64,000 bases of DNA from Planctomycetota bacterium (GTDB lineage: Bacteria; Planctomycetota; PLA2; JAEUHO01), in the NCBI GenBank assembly GCA_965223505.1, contig CBDCWP010000038.1, positions 32,001-96,000 on the forward strand, written 5' to 3'. How positions within the stretch are numbered: the stretch's first letter is position 1; each line of letters opens with the position of its first letter. Made by a program: the position numbers and the translations under genes. The notes under the pieces were generated by a model, which had not been told where the DNA came from, ran no database searches, and saw only the letters and a list, made by a program, of their open reading frames with translations. Of this stretch, positions 52,629-63,383 are shown piece by piece.

Positions 52629-55379
52629 TCAGTCGTCGAGGCGCTGCATGGTGAAGATCAACTTCGTGATGTTGCCGGCGTACTTCTCGCCGGTGTCCTG
52701 GTCGATCAGCTCCAGGACGTTCTGATCCTTCGTCAGCACCGTCAGCTTCTTCTGGATCGGCGCGTAGCCCGGCCGCTCGATCCAGACCTGGTACGGCCCC
52801 GGCAGGGCCGGGCCGATGAAGTACACGCCGGGCTCGTCTTCGATCAGGAACAGATCCGATGCCGTTCGCCACTCCTCCGTCGTCCCCAGCGGCCCGCCCA
52901 GCGTGCCGCGGTGCAGCAGGTCGAGCCAGTCCGACGCGTCGCGACCATGTTCCATGTCGACCATCGCGTCTTCGACAGGGCGTGACGATCCTTCTTCCTG
53001 GAGCAACAGCCGCAGCCAACCGCCCTCTTCGAGCTGCATGTCGCAGACCGTGCGCACGTTGTCGGAGAACCGCTCGAGCTCGACGCGTTTGGCCCGCGGC
53101 GCGTACCCGGGCGCCCAGAAGGCGAGATCCGCCGGCTCCTGCGGGTCGAATCCCTGCAGCACGTACTCGCCCTTCTCGTTCGTACGCGTGGTGCGGAACA
53201 GCACCTCGCGCGCGAGCGCCGCGCTGAACAACCCGCGCCGCGCGACGAGCTGGTCGCTGCTCAGCTTGCGCCAGCCGTCGTCGAAGGCGGCCACCCGGGC
53301 GCCGGCGACGGGATCGCCCGCCTTGTTCGTGACGACGCCGCGCACCTGCATGCCGCGGCCCAACGTCACGTCGCCGAGGTCCTCGGACGTTCCGGCCTTC
53401 AGCGGCAGCGTCTTCAGGGATCGGCGGCTGTGCGTGAGCAGTGCGAGCTTCACGCCGCGCGAAGGCAGGTCCGGGATCGTGTACGCGCCGTCGCGCGTGG
53501 CGACGCCGCGGTCGAACAGGATGCGCCCCTTGTCGGTACGAACCATGACGTGCAGGAAGCTGATCGGCGTGTCGTCGACGCCGTCGACGGCCCGGAACGA
53601 TACGGCGGCGGACTCGGCGAGCACGAGCTTGTGCGTGGCCTTGCGGCCGGGCGTGATCAGGACGAAGTCGCGCGGCAGGTACGGGCGCGGATGCGGCGCG
53701 TCTGCCGCGAGCGGCCCCGGCTCGTAGCCGTACGCGAGCACGACGTTGGGCGACATGCTCTCGACGCCTTCGAGGCGGAATCGCCCCTCCGCGTCGCTGA
53801 CGGCGCTGATGCCGGCCGCGCGCACGGTCACGCCGCGCAACGGCTCGTTGCGCTGGTTCGTGACCGTCCCTTCGACGCGGCGCGCATCGTCGGTGATCGC
53901 CGTTTCCATCGTCATCAACAAGGGGCCGTTGGTCGGGAGCTCGACCTGGCGCAGCAGGCTTCGGCGCCCCGGAACGTAGGCGCGAACGAAGTACGTGAGG
54001 CCGGGCAACCCGCGCAGCCGAAATCCGCCCTTGGGGCCGGTGTAGGCCACGAGATCGTCGGGTCGCGGCTGATCGCCGTCGCGCGGCTCGCGCGACACGA
54101 GCACGCGTACGCCCCGCGCCGGTTCGCCGTCCGGGTGTCGCAGCACCCCCTCGAGCACCTCGCCGTCGGGCGGGTCGAACGTGATCGAGACGGTCTCGCC
54201 GGGGGCGCCCTGCACGATCGAGTCCACGGGCACGCCGGCGCCCCGCACGGACACGCGCAACGGCACGTTCGGCAGCAGGCCGGTGAAGGTGGCCTCGCCG
54301 TGCTCGTCGAGCGGCAACTTGCGCGGTTCGTCGAGCACCTGTCCGGGGCCGAACACCTCGCGCAACAAGGCGGCGACCTGGGGCTCGACCATCACGTAGG
54401 CGCCGGGGTCCCCCGCGGTCGAGAGCACCTCGCATTCGATCCGCGTCTCGGCGTCCGTGAGCTGAAGGTCGCCGACCTCGGTCTCGGTCGCGCCGACGGC
54501 GGGCGGACTGAGCTCGACGGCGTGCTCGGCATAGCCCGTCGCGCGCGCACGCAGTGAGAGCAAGGCCGTAACGGGCCCTCGCCAGGTGAAGGAACCGTCC
54601 TTCGCTGTGGTCGTTTCGACGCCGAGAGGGCCGGGCACGCCGTAGCCGCTGACGCGCGCGTCGGGAACGGGCTTGCCGTCCGGATTGACGACGCGCCCTC
54701 GAATCCGCCAGGCGGCCTCCAGTATCGCTTCCACGTCCTTGTCGACGCCGGTTCGAAGTCGAAGGCGCGGGCCGCGACGCTCGGTCGTGGTGCAATCGAC
54801 AATGACGAACCCGGGCGTGAGGTCGTCGAGGATCAACGCGCCGCCTTCGTCGGTGCGTCGCAGCCCCCATGGACTCGCCGGCTCCACGCGAACGGCGACG
54901 TTCTCAGCCGGTCGTCCGTCGGGCTCGCGCACGCGAACGACGATCGAAGGCGCGGCCTCCGGCAGCTCGATCCGCGTTTCGGGCCCGAGCTCGGCGGCGC
55001 TGACCCAGTGCCACTGATGTCCGACCGCGCCGAAGGCGACGCGCGGCTGCTCGGCGAAGACCCGCAGCCGCTGCACGGGTTCGCCTTCCTCGGAGCGACG
55101 CTCGATGCGCGCCCCGAACGTCGCCTTCAGGGGGCCGCGCAGGATGCCGTTCGGACCGGTGACCTCGATGTCGACCCAGTCGGTGGCGGCGCCGATGGCG
55201 TCGGCGACATCGGCCGGCGGCGTCGCCGCCTCGGAATCGGGGTCGTCGATCTCGGGGATCGGGTCGTCGTAGGGGTCGCGCGGGCCGCGGCCGCCGTCCA
55301 GGAGCCGCGGGACGATGAGAAAGCCGCCGACGCCGATGATGACGAAGAAGGCGATGACGTAGATCCAGCCCTCGCGCAT
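52629..55379 (-). CDS. Membrane-anchored protein with carboxypeptidase-regulatory-like (transthyretin-fold) repeats
   Basis: N-terminal TM and repeated GRVVNPDGKPVPDARV / GTVTNQRNEPLRGVTV / GVVTNKAGDPVAGARV. Confidence 0.75.
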   Translation of the reverse strand: MREGWIYVIAFFVIIGVGGFLIVPRLLDGGRGPRDPYDDPIPEIDDPDSEAATPPADVADAIGAATDWVDIEVTGPNGILRGPLKATFGARIERRSEEGEPVQRLRVFAEQPRVAFGAVGHQWHWVSAAELGPETRIELPEAAPSIVVRVREPDGRPAENVAVRVEPASPWGLRRTDEGGALILDDLTPGFVIVDCTTTERRGPRLRLRTGVDKDVEAILEAAWRIRGRVVNPDGKPVPDARVSGYGVPGPLGVETTTAKDGSFTWRGPVTALLSLRARATGYAEHAVELSPPAVGATETEVGDLQLTDAETRIECEVLSTAGDPGAYVMVEPQVAALLREVFGPGQVLDEPRKLPLDEHGEATFTGLLPNVPLRVSVRGAGVPVDSIVQGAPGETVSITFDPPDGEVLEGVLRHPDGEPARGVRVLVSREPRDGDQPRPDDLVAYTGPKGGFRLRGLPGLTYFVRAYVPGRRSLLRQVELPTNGPLLMTMETAITDDARRVEGTVTNQRNEPLRGVTVRAAGISAVSDAEGRFRLEGVESMSPNVVLAYGYEPGPLAADAPHPRPYLPRDFVLITPGRKATHKLVLAESAAVSFRAVDGVDDTPISFLHVMVRTDKGRILFDRGVATRDGAYTIPDLPSRGVKLALLTHSRRSLKTLPLKAGTSEDLGDVTLGRGMQVRGVVTNKAGDPVAGARVAAFDDGWRKLSSDQLVARRGLFSAALAREVLFRTTRTNEKGEYVLQGFDPQEPADLAFWAPGYAPRAKRVELERFSDNVRTVCDMQLEEGGWLRLLLQEEGSSRPVEDAMVDMEHGRDASDWLDLLHRGTLGGPLGTTEEWRTASDLFLIEDEPGVYFIGPALPGPYQVWIERPGYAPIQKKLTVLTKDQNVLELIDQDTGEKYAGNITKLIFTMQRLDD

Positions 55380-55544
55380 GGTGGCGATCGTACTCTCGCG
55401 CGGACCATTCCACGTGAACGATTGGACGACACGGTCGGGCGTCACCGGCCCGGACCCCCGATCACCGCCGAATTTCCCGGGGCCCCCCAAACGTGTCATC
55501 GCGCGAGCGGCCGCCGCGGCTACGCCTCGGCCTGCGCGCCGACG

Positions 55545-56153
55545 CTAGCGGGCCCCGCGCTCGACGTCCGACGCGACCCGATCCATCCAGTCGCACATCC
55601 ACGACGGCAAGGAGAGCGAACGACGCACCGCCTCGCCGCCGTCCGCCAGCACCGCCGCGGCCCGCGAGTCGCGCGTGCTGCGAAGCCACGCCGACTCGGT
55701 CGACGCCGGATCCTCGGCCGCGTCGGCGACGCCCGTCACCCGCTGCAACGACGGTCCGCCGGACGGCCCGTGCGGATAACCCAAGACGGCGTACCCCGCG
55801 ACGAACAAGACGCCGATGCCCGTGACCAAGCCGAGCGCGGCCCCGAGGCCGCGACGCAACGCGCCGTCCGTTCGTCGCGTCTCGAACCAACCACCGAGAA
55901 ACGAGAAGAGCACCGCGCCGGCAACGAGGGTCGCGACGAACACGACCACCCACGCGGTCGCGTCACGCATCGAACCGTCGAGGCCGGCGACCTTGGAGAC
56001 CGTCGTGGCGACCGCTGACCCGAAACGCGTCGCGACGAAGAGCCCCGCGCCGATCACCAGGACCGTCATGAGCTGGCGCAGCGCGCCCCGCAACGCACCC
56101 CACACCGCGAAGAGCAGGAGCACCGCCAGCACACAAACGTCCGCTGTGTTCAT
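55545..56153 (-). CDS. CvpA (colicin V production) family membrane protein
   Basis: MNTADVCVLAVLLLFAVWGALRG and LRRGLGAALGLVTG. Confidence 0.7.
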   Translation of the reverse strand: MNTADVCVLAVLLLFAVWGALRGALRQLMTVLVIGAGLFVATRFGSAVATTVSKVAGLDGSMRDATAWVVVFVATLVAGAVLFSFLGGWFETRRTDGALRRGLGAALGLVTGIGVLFVAGYAVLGYPHGPSGGPSLQRVTGVADAAEDPASTESAWLRSTRDSRAAAVLADGGEAVRRSLSLPSWMCDWMDRVASDVERGAR

Positions 56154-56162
56154 CGCACGAAC

Positions 56163-56693
56163 CTACGGAAACGCCCGGAGCGAGGAGATGGCGCGAAGGT
56201 CGACCTCACCCTCGTCGGTGACGTGCGCTACGCCCTTCGCCGAGATGCCGTCGCGCTCCGCCTCGACGAGCACGCTTCCGTCGTCCTCGATGTCCAACAA
56301 CACGACACACTCGTATCCCTGCGCCCGCATGTGACGCCGCACGATCTCACCGGCGTCGAGGGACGTCTGCGGGGACGACGAACGCCCCATCGGAACGCCG
56401 CGCTCCATCAGGTCGCGCGTCCGTTTCTCGATCGCGTCGATTCGTGGCGCGATCGACGAGGTCACCCTCGCCGCCTGGTCCGCGATCTCGGCTTCGGCGC
56501 GCTCGCGCTGCGCGTCCTGTTCGCCGTGCAGCCGCGCGATCTTGTCGCGAAGCTGAACCATCTCCAACGCGAGCTGCTTCGTGGCGGCACGGTTGCCGAG
56601 TGCGATGAACAACGCGACGGCAGCAACGACACAGGCGATGACGGCGAGCCAGATCACGGGCGCATTGTAGAAGCCAAACTGGCTTCGCCTCAT
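56163..56693 (-). CDS. Hypothetical TM plus coiled-coil protein
   Basis: Hydrophobic N-terminal helix followed by heptad repeats. Confidence 0.6.
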   Translation of the reverse strand: MRRSQFGFYNAPVIWLAVIACVVAAVALFIALGNRAATKQLALEMVQLRDKIARLHGEQDAQRERAEAEIADQAARVTSSIAPRIDAIEKRTRDLMERGVPMGRSSSPQTSLDAGEIVRRHMRAQGYECVVLLDIEDDGSVLVEAERDGISAKGVAHVTDEGEVDLRAISSLRAFP

Positions 56694-56778
56694 CCCTTGT
56701 CCCGAGTCGATGCGAACAACGCAAGGCGCTCTCGAGTGTTCTCGCGCGGGTCCAGCGCTGCGAGAGGATCGATGCGGG

Positions 56779-57558
56779 CTAGAAGGAGATCAGGACCGCG
56801 CCCGTCACGAAGAGGAACGACATCAGGGAGAACAGCGAGAACCCCATCAGCAGCACGGAGCGCGAGATCGGCCCGCCGAGCACCAGTCTCGATGCCCCGC
56901 ACCAGCCCAGGATCTGGAGCGGCAGGACCCACACGGCGCGGTCGCTGCGCAAGATGATGTGCGGGTACATCAGGTCGCCGATCACGATGCCGCCCAGCAG
57001 CAGCGAAAGCAGGACGAGGTTCGCCCAGGACGGCGGCTCGAGATCCACGAGCCGCACGCCGACACCGACGAGCAGCATCAGCACGCCCAGCACCAGGGCG
57101 GCGAGGATCAGCTGCCCCTTGAGGCTGTCGGGTGTCGCGTCGTGGGCGACGCGCGCAAAGCGGATGAAGAACACCTCTTCGTCCGCACTCGGGAGCTCCG
57201 CCGGAAGCCGCGGCCTCGTCGGCTGCGGAAGCGGGAAGTAGGCCTCGGTCGCGTCGGCGTCGACCGGCAACGGCTCGGCGCCGGACGCAGGCGCAGGCCG
57301 CACCGGAGCCTTCGATCGCGCGACGTAGTGGCTCGTCGTGTAGCGGCGCACGATCTCGCTGCGGCGCACCGTGATGCGGTTGTCGGCGTGCATGCCGGTG
57401 AGGCGCACGACAATGCTGTCGTCCGTCTCGCTCATGGCGTAGCCACGCAGCACGACCCCGTTGTCGAGGACGAAGATCTCGTCGGCTTCGGCAGCCGGGG
57501 CGCAGGCGAGCCACGCCGATCCGGTTAGGCAGATGATGAGGAGTATGCGCAGGGCCAC
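56779..57558 (-). CDS. Hypothetical exported/membrane protein
   Basis: Signal peptide, ADEIFVLDNGVVLRG small domain and four C-terminal TM helices. Confidence 0.6.
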   Translation of the reverse strand: MALRILLIICLTGSAWLACAPAAEADEIFVLDNGVVLRGYAMSETDDSIVVRLTGMHADNRITVRRSEIVRRYTTSHYVARSKAPVRPAPASGAEPLPVDADATEAYFPLPQPTRPRLPAELPSADEEVFFIRFARVAHDATPDSLKGQLILAALVLGVLMLLVGVGVRLVDLEPPSWANLVLLSLLLGGIVIGDLMYPHIILRSDRAVWVLPLQILGWCGASRLVLGGPISRSVLLMGFSLFSLMSFLFVTGAVLISF

Positions 57559-57623
57559 GGTTTCTCATCGGCCATCGGGAGGCCCACGCCCAAGCGCATC
57601 CTTCGGAAGCGGCCAATTCGCGG

Positions 57624-58334
57624 CTAGGGGGCGCTGTCCTGCTCCGCGACGACGCCGTCGAAGATGGTGAGCCAGCGGCGCGCGTGACGGGCGACGTTGT
57701 CGTCGTGCGTGATCAGAACGACGGTCGTCCCGCGGGCGTTCTCTTCGTCGATCAGCTCCAGCACGCGGCCGCCCGCGGTGCTGTCGAGGTTGCCCGTGGG
57801 CTCGTCGGCCAAGAGCAGCTTCGGATGTTTCACGAGCGCTCGGGCCAGCGCAACGCGCTGCTGTTCCCCGCCCGAGAGCTGGCCGGGATAGTGCGTCACC
57901 CGCTCGGCCAGCGCGACGCGGTCGAGCGCCTCGGCCGCGCGGCGGCGACGCTCGGCTCGCGTCAGTCCCCCGTACAGCAACGGCAGCTCCACGTTGCGCA
58001 GTGCCGTCTCGTCACGCAACAGGTTGAAGCGCTGAAAGACGAAGCCGATCGTCCGGTTGCGCACGGCCGCGAGCTCCCGGTCCGACAGGCCGGACACGTC
58101 ACGCCCTTCGAGCAGGTAGCGCCCGGCGCTGGGACGGTCGAGACAACCGAGCATGTGCAACAACGTGGACTTGCCGGAGCCGGACGGACCGGTCACGGCG
58201 ACGTACTCGCCGGTCTGAAGCTCGAGATCGACCGGCTTCAGCGCCTCGACGTCCACCGCGCCCGACTTGTAGGTGCGCGCGACCCCGTCCATGTGAACAA
58301 GCGCGCCGTTGTGCTGATGGGCGTCCTGGGTCAC
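57624..58334 (-). CDS. LolD/MacB-type ABC transporter ATP-binding protein
   Basis: [24 protein letters not shown] and [13 protein letters not shown] 58334 overlaps the upstream TGA. Confidence 0.92.
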   Translation of the reverse strand: MTQDAHQHNGALVHMDGVARTYKSGAVDVEALKPVDLELQTGEYVAVTGPSGSGKSTLLHMLGCLDRPSAGRYLLEGRDVSGLSDRELAAVRNRTIGFVFQRFNLLRDETALRNVELPLLYGGLTRAERRRRAAEALDRVALAERVTHYPGQLSGGEQQRVALARALVKHPKLLLADEPTGNLDSTAGGRVLELIDEENARGTTVVLITHDDNVARHARRWLTIFDGVVAEQDSAP

Positions 58335-59623
58335 GTGAGCCTCCGGCTGAGAACGCGAGCGGGCTGCAACCTGGCCGCCCGGCGCGCGGGAACGACCGAC
58401 GAAAACAGGCCGAGCACGATCGCGATCCCGGTCGCGACCAATGCGTACCCGGCATCGAAGCGGAAGGGGAACTCGACGATGTCGCGCAACACCGATGCGC
58501 CCCAATAGCCGAGCGGCAGGCCCGCCAGTCCGCCGACCAACGACAACAACACGCCTTCGACCGTGATCTGCAGCGCGACGTCGCGGCGTCGCGCGCCCTC
58601 GCAGCGGCGCACGGCAAGCTCGTCGTAGCGCTCGCGGATCGTGATCAGGTTGAGAGTCGAGATCATGATCACAGCCACACCGACGATGATGATCCAAACG
58701 ATGTTGCCGATCAACGCACCTTGCTGCGTCTGCGCGCCCATCGCATCCATCCAGTCGCGCCGGCAGAACACCCCGATGTTGCTCGTGAGCCCCAGGAGGC
58801 CCTTGGTGGCGTCTTGCTTGAACACGGTCAGTAGGCGGTCGCGCGCTTTCGTGACGGCCGCATCGTCCGGCAGCGCGACCGAGATGCCGGTGAACTGGTC
58901 CGACTCGACCGCGGACGCAGGCACGTAGACGTTGCGGAACGAGAGCAGGCTGCTGGTGAGGGTGCGCGCGCCGCGGCCTTCGTCGAACGTCTCGAAGAGG
59001 GCGCGGTAGGTGAGCGGATCCGACAGCACCCCCACCACCGTCATCCGGCGCGTCGCGTCCGGTAACGTGACCTCGACGGTGCGGCCGACCACGTCGTCGG
59101 GCGTAACGCCGGGGAAGAGCTGACTTGCGGTCTCCGCGTCGAGCGTGCAGCTTGCCAGGGTCGCGTCGTCGCCGTTCCGCAGCCAGCGTCCGGCAGCCAG
59201 CTCGATGTTCAGGGTGCGCACGTACCCCGGCGCGGCGGCGACGATCTGTACGCGGTCGAGCTTGACGTCGCCCTCGATGCCGCCGCTCACCTGCCGGCGC
59301 GGCACCACGACGGCGTTCGGAATGTCGCCCATCAGGTCACGAATGCGCTGCACCTGCTCGTCGCCCAGCTCTTCGCGGCGCATGCCGGGCCGCAGGATCG
59401 GGAGGCGTCCGACGTCGACGGTGAAGCGGCCGAACTGCCGTACGTCGCGCTGGATGTCCTCGTCCATGCCGTAGGAAAGCGAGATGACGTTCACCGTGAC
59501 CGCGATCGCGACGGCGCTCGTGAGCGCCGTGAGGAGACTGCGGAGCGGGCGACGCAACACGTGCAAGACGCCTTCGCGGACGACGTCCCAGAAGCGCGCG
59601 AACCGGGGCGTACCGTCACTCAT
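58331..59623 (-). CDS. MacB/FtsX-family ABC permease
   Basis: LRSLLTAL, periplasmic domain and ERYDELAVRRCEGA...PARRAARLQP. Confidence 0.88.
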   Translation of the reverse strand: MSDGTPRFARFWDVVREGVLHVLRRPLRSLLTALTSAVAIAVTVNVISLSYGMDEDIQRDVRQFGRFTVDVGRLPILRPGMRREELGDEQVQRIRDLMGDIPNAVVVPRRQVSGGIEGDVKLDRVQIVAAAPGYVRTLNIELAAGRWLRNGDDATLASCTLDAETASQLFPGVTPDDVVGRTVEVTLPDATRRMTVVGVLSDPLTYRALFETFDEGRGARTLTSSLLSFRNVYVPASAVESDQFTGISVALPDDAAVTKARDRLLTVFKQDATKGLLGLTSNIGVFCRRDWMDAMGAQTQQGALIGNIVWIIIVGVAVIMISTLNLITIRERYDELAVRRCEGARRRDVALQITVEGVLLSLVGGLAGLPLGYWGASVLRDIVEFPFRFDAGYALVATGIAIVLGLFSSVVPARRAARLQPARVLSRRLT

Positions 59624-60896
59624 CGGCGAGCCCCCGCACGGGCTCCTGCTTGCTCGCCCGAATGGCCGGCAACAGCGCTGCCAGCAGCCCGATGATCATC
59701 GCCACGGCGCAGGCCCAGGCGGCTTCCCGAAACGGGAACGTCCACGTGAAGCCGGCCACCGGCTCGAGCTCCGCACGCAGCTCCGCCAGCATCATGCCGA
59801 ATACGCAACCCAGCCCGCAGCCGATCGCGCTCAGCAGGAGGCCTTCGATGAGGAAATGCGACGCGATGTCCCGCCGCGTCGCGCCTTCGACCCGGCGAAT
59901 CGCGATCTCGCGCGAGCGGCTGAGGACGTTGAGCAGTCCGAGATTCGCCATCACGACCGCGCCCATCGCAAGACACGCGAGGAACATGGCGATGTTCACG
60001 GCGCCGAAGCGATCGACCTCGTTGCCGGTGACGACGGGCAGGACGAGGGGGTACAGCGTGACGACCGTCTTGTCGCGCTCGACCATCGACTGACGCATCG
60101 CCGTGGCGGCATCCGAGACGTTGACCGTGTCCACGCGCATGTAGATCCAGTCGAGCACCGCCGCCTCGCCCGCGACCTGCGCGGGCACGTACACGCATTG
60201 CTCGGACCGTTTCCACTCGTCGGACACCACGAGCGGAATGCCCATCACCAGCAGGAACTGCTGCGCGACGCTCTGATAGAGCGGATGCGCGAGGTCCATG
60301 CCGAGGTCGTCGGTCGTCAGCGCGGTCTCGTTGCGCGCCTTCGTCACGCCCACGACCTCGAGATCGCCCATCCGGCTCGAGACGCGAATGGTGTCGCCCG
60401 GCTCGATCGACGGCCGGCCCAGCCAGCGGGCGACGCGCGCTTCGACGACGCACTTCTCGCCGTCGTCGTCCGCACGCAGCCAGCGGCCCTTCTCGAGCTC
60501 CATCCCGCGAGCGCGGGGACCGTCGGGCGTCGAAGCCAGCACGGTGCACACGTCGTCGGTGTCGCCCCCGGGCTTCGGCACACGTTGACCGATCTTGAAT
60601 CCGCCGAGCGCGCGAACGCCGAAGCCCTTCTGCTCGACCGCGTCCCGCAGGTGGGTCATGTCGTCGGTACGCAGAACGGTGTCGCGCGCCGACGTCGGGT
60701 CGGCCGTGACGGCGATGCGATTGGCGCCGAGCTCCGTGCCCTGATTGAGCGCGGCATCGCGGGTGCCCTGGATGACCGCGCTCGGGAAGATCGCGACCGC
60801 GACGCCCCATACCGTGCCCTGCAAGAGCAGGAGCGAGCGGATCGGACGGCGACGCAAGCGGCGCAGCGCCAAGCCGAGGGTGGAGGCGACCTTCAT
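59616..60896 (-). CDS. MacB/FtsX-family ABC permease
   Basis: IRSLLLL, REIAIRRVEGATRRDI...FLIEG and PAIRAS. Confidence 0.88.
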   Translation of the reverse strand: MKVASTLGLALRRLRRRPIRSLLLLQGTVWGVAVAIFPSAVIQGTRDAALNQGTELGANRIAVTADPTSARDTVLRTDDMTHLRDAVEQKGFGVRALGGFKIGQRVPKPGGDTDDVCTVLASTPDGPRARGMELEKGRWLRADDDGEKCVVEARVARWLGRPSIEPGDTIRVSSRMGDLEVVGVTKARNETALTTDDLGMDLAHPLYQSVAQQFLLVMGIPLVVSDEWKRSEQCVYVPAQVAGEAAVLDWIYMRVDTVNVSDAATAMRQSMVERDKTVVTLYPLVLPVVTGNEVDRFGAVNIAMFLACLAMGAVVMANLGLLNVLSRSREIAIRRVEGATRRDIASHFLIEGLLLSAIGCGLGCVFGMMLAELRAELEPVAGFTWTFPFREAAWACAVAMIIGLLAALLPAIRASKQEPVRGLADE

Positions 60897-60948
60897 GCCA
60901 CCGAAAGGCTACGAAGGAGCGCGGGGGCGGCCGCCCTGGGTCCGAGCG

Positions 60949-62457
60949 CTACGCCGAATGTCCAAGCGCGGCCGTGGGCTGCGAACGACGGGCGCGAAGC
61001 AGGGGCAACGACCACAGGGCGAGGAGGCACAGCAGCCCGGCCACCGTAAGCGGCGCTCGCAGCGATGTCGGCGGCGGGACCACGTCGGGCTTCGCCGCCG
61101 TGATCCAGGTCGGATCGAACGGCGCAACGTCGCGGCCCAGTCGCGATGCATCGAGATCGAGCAGCCCGCGAATGCGCACGCCGGCGGAAGCCGCCTCGCC
61201 GCCGATCAGGTTCTCGAGGAACAGCGGCCAGAACGCGGTGTCGATCAGCGGCGTCGCGCCGCGCGTCGGATCCGGCGCGAATCGAAGGGCGCCGTTGCTG
61301 CGCGCGACGAGCACGGGCCAGTTCGAGCCGCCACCGCGTCCCAGCAGGAGGGTCTCCCCGTCCCGCATCCGCTGCGCACCGCGACGGTACTGAAGGTCCG
61401 CGCCGCGCACGCTCAGATCCCGGGTCAACGCGTGGCGACGCACGATGTCGACGCCAGCGGGCGCGGACACGACGGCGTCGTCACGGATGGGATCGAAGGA
61501 GACGCGCGACGCCGCACCGACGGGCTTGCGGCCGCTGACGAACGCGATGTCGCCGTCCTCGGACTCCCGGTAGCCGGCTTCGCCCACCGCGGCGATCAGC
61601 CCGTCGCGAATCGCGTCGCGAAGACGCGAAGGCAAGTCGGGGTCGATCGACACGCTCGCGGGACGCGGATCGAGCACGACCTCGTCGTCGGCCGGCAGAT
61701 CGTCGACGGGGAGATCGCTCGTGCACACGAGCTTTGCGCCCGCTTCGATCGACGACGTCTCCAGGGTGAACGAACGGTACGAACCGGGCTGCATGTCGTC
61801 GAGCGTGACCTGCTGTTCGCCCAGCCGTACCGTCGCTGACGTCACTCTGGTCGCGTCGTTGAGGACCGTCCCGAACACCTCGTACCCGCCGTCCTTCGCC
61901 GAAACGTCGACGGCGACGATGCCGACGTTGCCGGCGTCCGGGTTCCCGATCGCGACCCAGCGCACGTCGCCGGGGTCCGTCTCCGGCAGGCGATCGGAGA
62001 TGACGATGCGAACCGCCGCCGGCGCGGCGCGGGCGGCCGCGAGCAGGTCGTCGTCGCTCGGCCGCAGCAGTCCCAAGGCTGGCTCGTGGATGACGACGGG
62101 GTCGGCGCGCGTCGTCGCCGCGACGTGCGCGAGGACCTGCCCGTACCGATCCGCGTAGCCCTCCGACGCCTCGACCGAACCTGCCGCGACGACGACGCGC
62201 ACCCGCCGCTCGGGATCGCCGCCGTCGATGCGCGGTCCCATGGCGGCCAGCGTGAGCAGCGCGGCTGCGCACATCGCGAGCACGGCTTCCAGATCGAGAC
62301 GCCGCGTGCGGGGCCGATGCTCGCGCTCGTCCTCGTCGACGAGGAAGAGCAACGTGGGCAGCTCGACGATCTGCGGCTTCGCCTTCCGCTTGTGGAGCCA
62401 GTAGATGACCGGCACGACCACCAGCCCGGCAAGGGCCCAGAATGCGGCGAACGTCAC
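60949..62457 (-). CDS. BatA-like N-terminal double-TM membrane protein
   Basis: VPVIYWLHKRK...LPTLLFL...LLTLAAMGP and a C-terminal TM. GTG 62457 overlaps the DUF58 stop. Confidence 0.65.
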   Translation of the reverse strand: MTFAAFWALAGLVVVPVIYWLHKRKAKPQIVELPTLLFLVDEDEREHRPRTRRLDLEAVLAMCAAALLTLAAMGPRIDGGDPERRVRVVVAAGSVEASEGYADRYGQVLAHVAATTRADPVVIHEPALGLLRPSDDDLLAAARAAPAAVRIVISDRLPETDPGDVRWVAIGNPDAGNVGIVAVDVSAKDGGYEVFGTVLNDATRVTSATVRLGEQQVTLDDMQPGSYRSFTLETSSIEAGAKLVCTSDLPVDDLPADDEVVLDPRPASVSIDPDLPSRLRDAIRDGLIAAVGEAGYRESEDGDIAFVSGRKPVGAASRVSFDPIRDDAVVSAPAGVDIVRRHALTRDLSVRGADLQYRRGAQRMRDGETLLLGRGGGSNWPVLVARSNGALRFAPDPTRGATPLIDTAFWPLFLENLIGGEAASAGVRIRGLLDLDASRLGRDVAPFDPTWITAAKPDVVPPPTSLRAPLTVAGLLCLLALWSLPLLRARRSQPTAALGHSA

Positions 62458-63341
62458 ATCACCTCCAGGATGATGCGTCGCAACAACGCCTCGGGCTCGA
62501 GGTCCGGCGCGAACGGCAGATAGTGCAACCCGACGGCGTGCGCGTGATGGGCCCACAGATCCGCGTGCGCCTTCGCGCGCGCCGCGACACGCGCGGCTGC
62601 AGGGGCGTTCAGTCGGATGCGACGCTCGACGCCCGACTCGACATCGCGCGCGAGGAACGCGCGCTGGGGCGCCGGCGCGGTCACCTCGGGTACGCGCATG
62701 TGCATCAGGGCGCCGCGTACGCTTCGGCCGGCGAGCGTGTGCAAGATGCCCGGGTCGGCGCGGGTGAGCAGATCGGAGATGAACTGAAAGCGCGCACCGC
62801 GGGGCACGCGCTTGACCAGCTTGGGCAACGCGGTCTCCAGACCCGCGCGGTCGGACGGGACGTCGCTCGAGAGCGCCTCCAAGACGGTGCGGATCTGCCC
62901 CGAGTTGGACGCTTCGAACAGGACGTTCGCGTCGCCGTCGCGCAGGCAGCCCAGGCGCACGCGCCCGCCCGCGCCGAGACCGACGGCACACGAAAGCGCG
63001 GCGGCGCGAGCGCTCGCGCCGCGTCCGCCGAACGGCGCCATGGACGCGCTGCCGTCCAACCACACCTCCGTGAGCACGTCCTTCTCGGCGTCGAACTGTC
63101 GCACCTGCAGCTTGCCGAGACGCGCCTCGACGTTCCAGTCGACGCGCCGCAGGTCGTCGCCCGGTCGGTACTCGCGATGCCCCCGGAACAGAAAACGCCC
63201 ACCCTCGCCACGGACGGCGCGTTGGCCGTCGGCCACACCCGCGTGCAACCGCCTGACCGCGGCCGGGACGATGGACAGCAGACGCAGGAACGAGATCGGG
63301 AAGATCGCGCTGTCGATGTCGGCTTGCCGGCGCATCGCCAT
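62454..63341 (-). CDS. DUF58 family protein
   Basis: FRGHREYRPGDDLRRVDWNVEAR, LDGSASM and ISD. Confidence 0.85.
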   Translation of the reverse strand: MAMRRQADIDSAIFPISFLRLLSIVPAAVRRLHAGVADGQRAVRGEGGRFLFRGHREYRPGDDLRRVDWNVEARLGKLQVRQFDAEKDVLTEVWLDGSASMAPFGGRGASARAAALSCAVGLGAGGRVRLGCLRDGDANVLFEASNSGQIRTVLEALSSDVPSDRAGLETALPKLVKRVPRGARFQFISDLLTRADPGILHTLAGRSVRGALMHMRVPEVTAPAPQRAFLARDVESGVERRIRLNAPAAARVAARAKAHADLWAHHAHAVGLHYLPFAPDLEPEALLRRIILEVM

Positions 63342-63383
63342 GTGGAACGGTTCCCGTCGTCCTGCGTTCGAAGCGGCCCGGCG

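Noticed and set aside
50974..56153. cvpA-purF operon as in E. coli
   Set aside because: The genes are on opposite strands and separated by a 2.7-kb gene, so proximity alone is not evidence.
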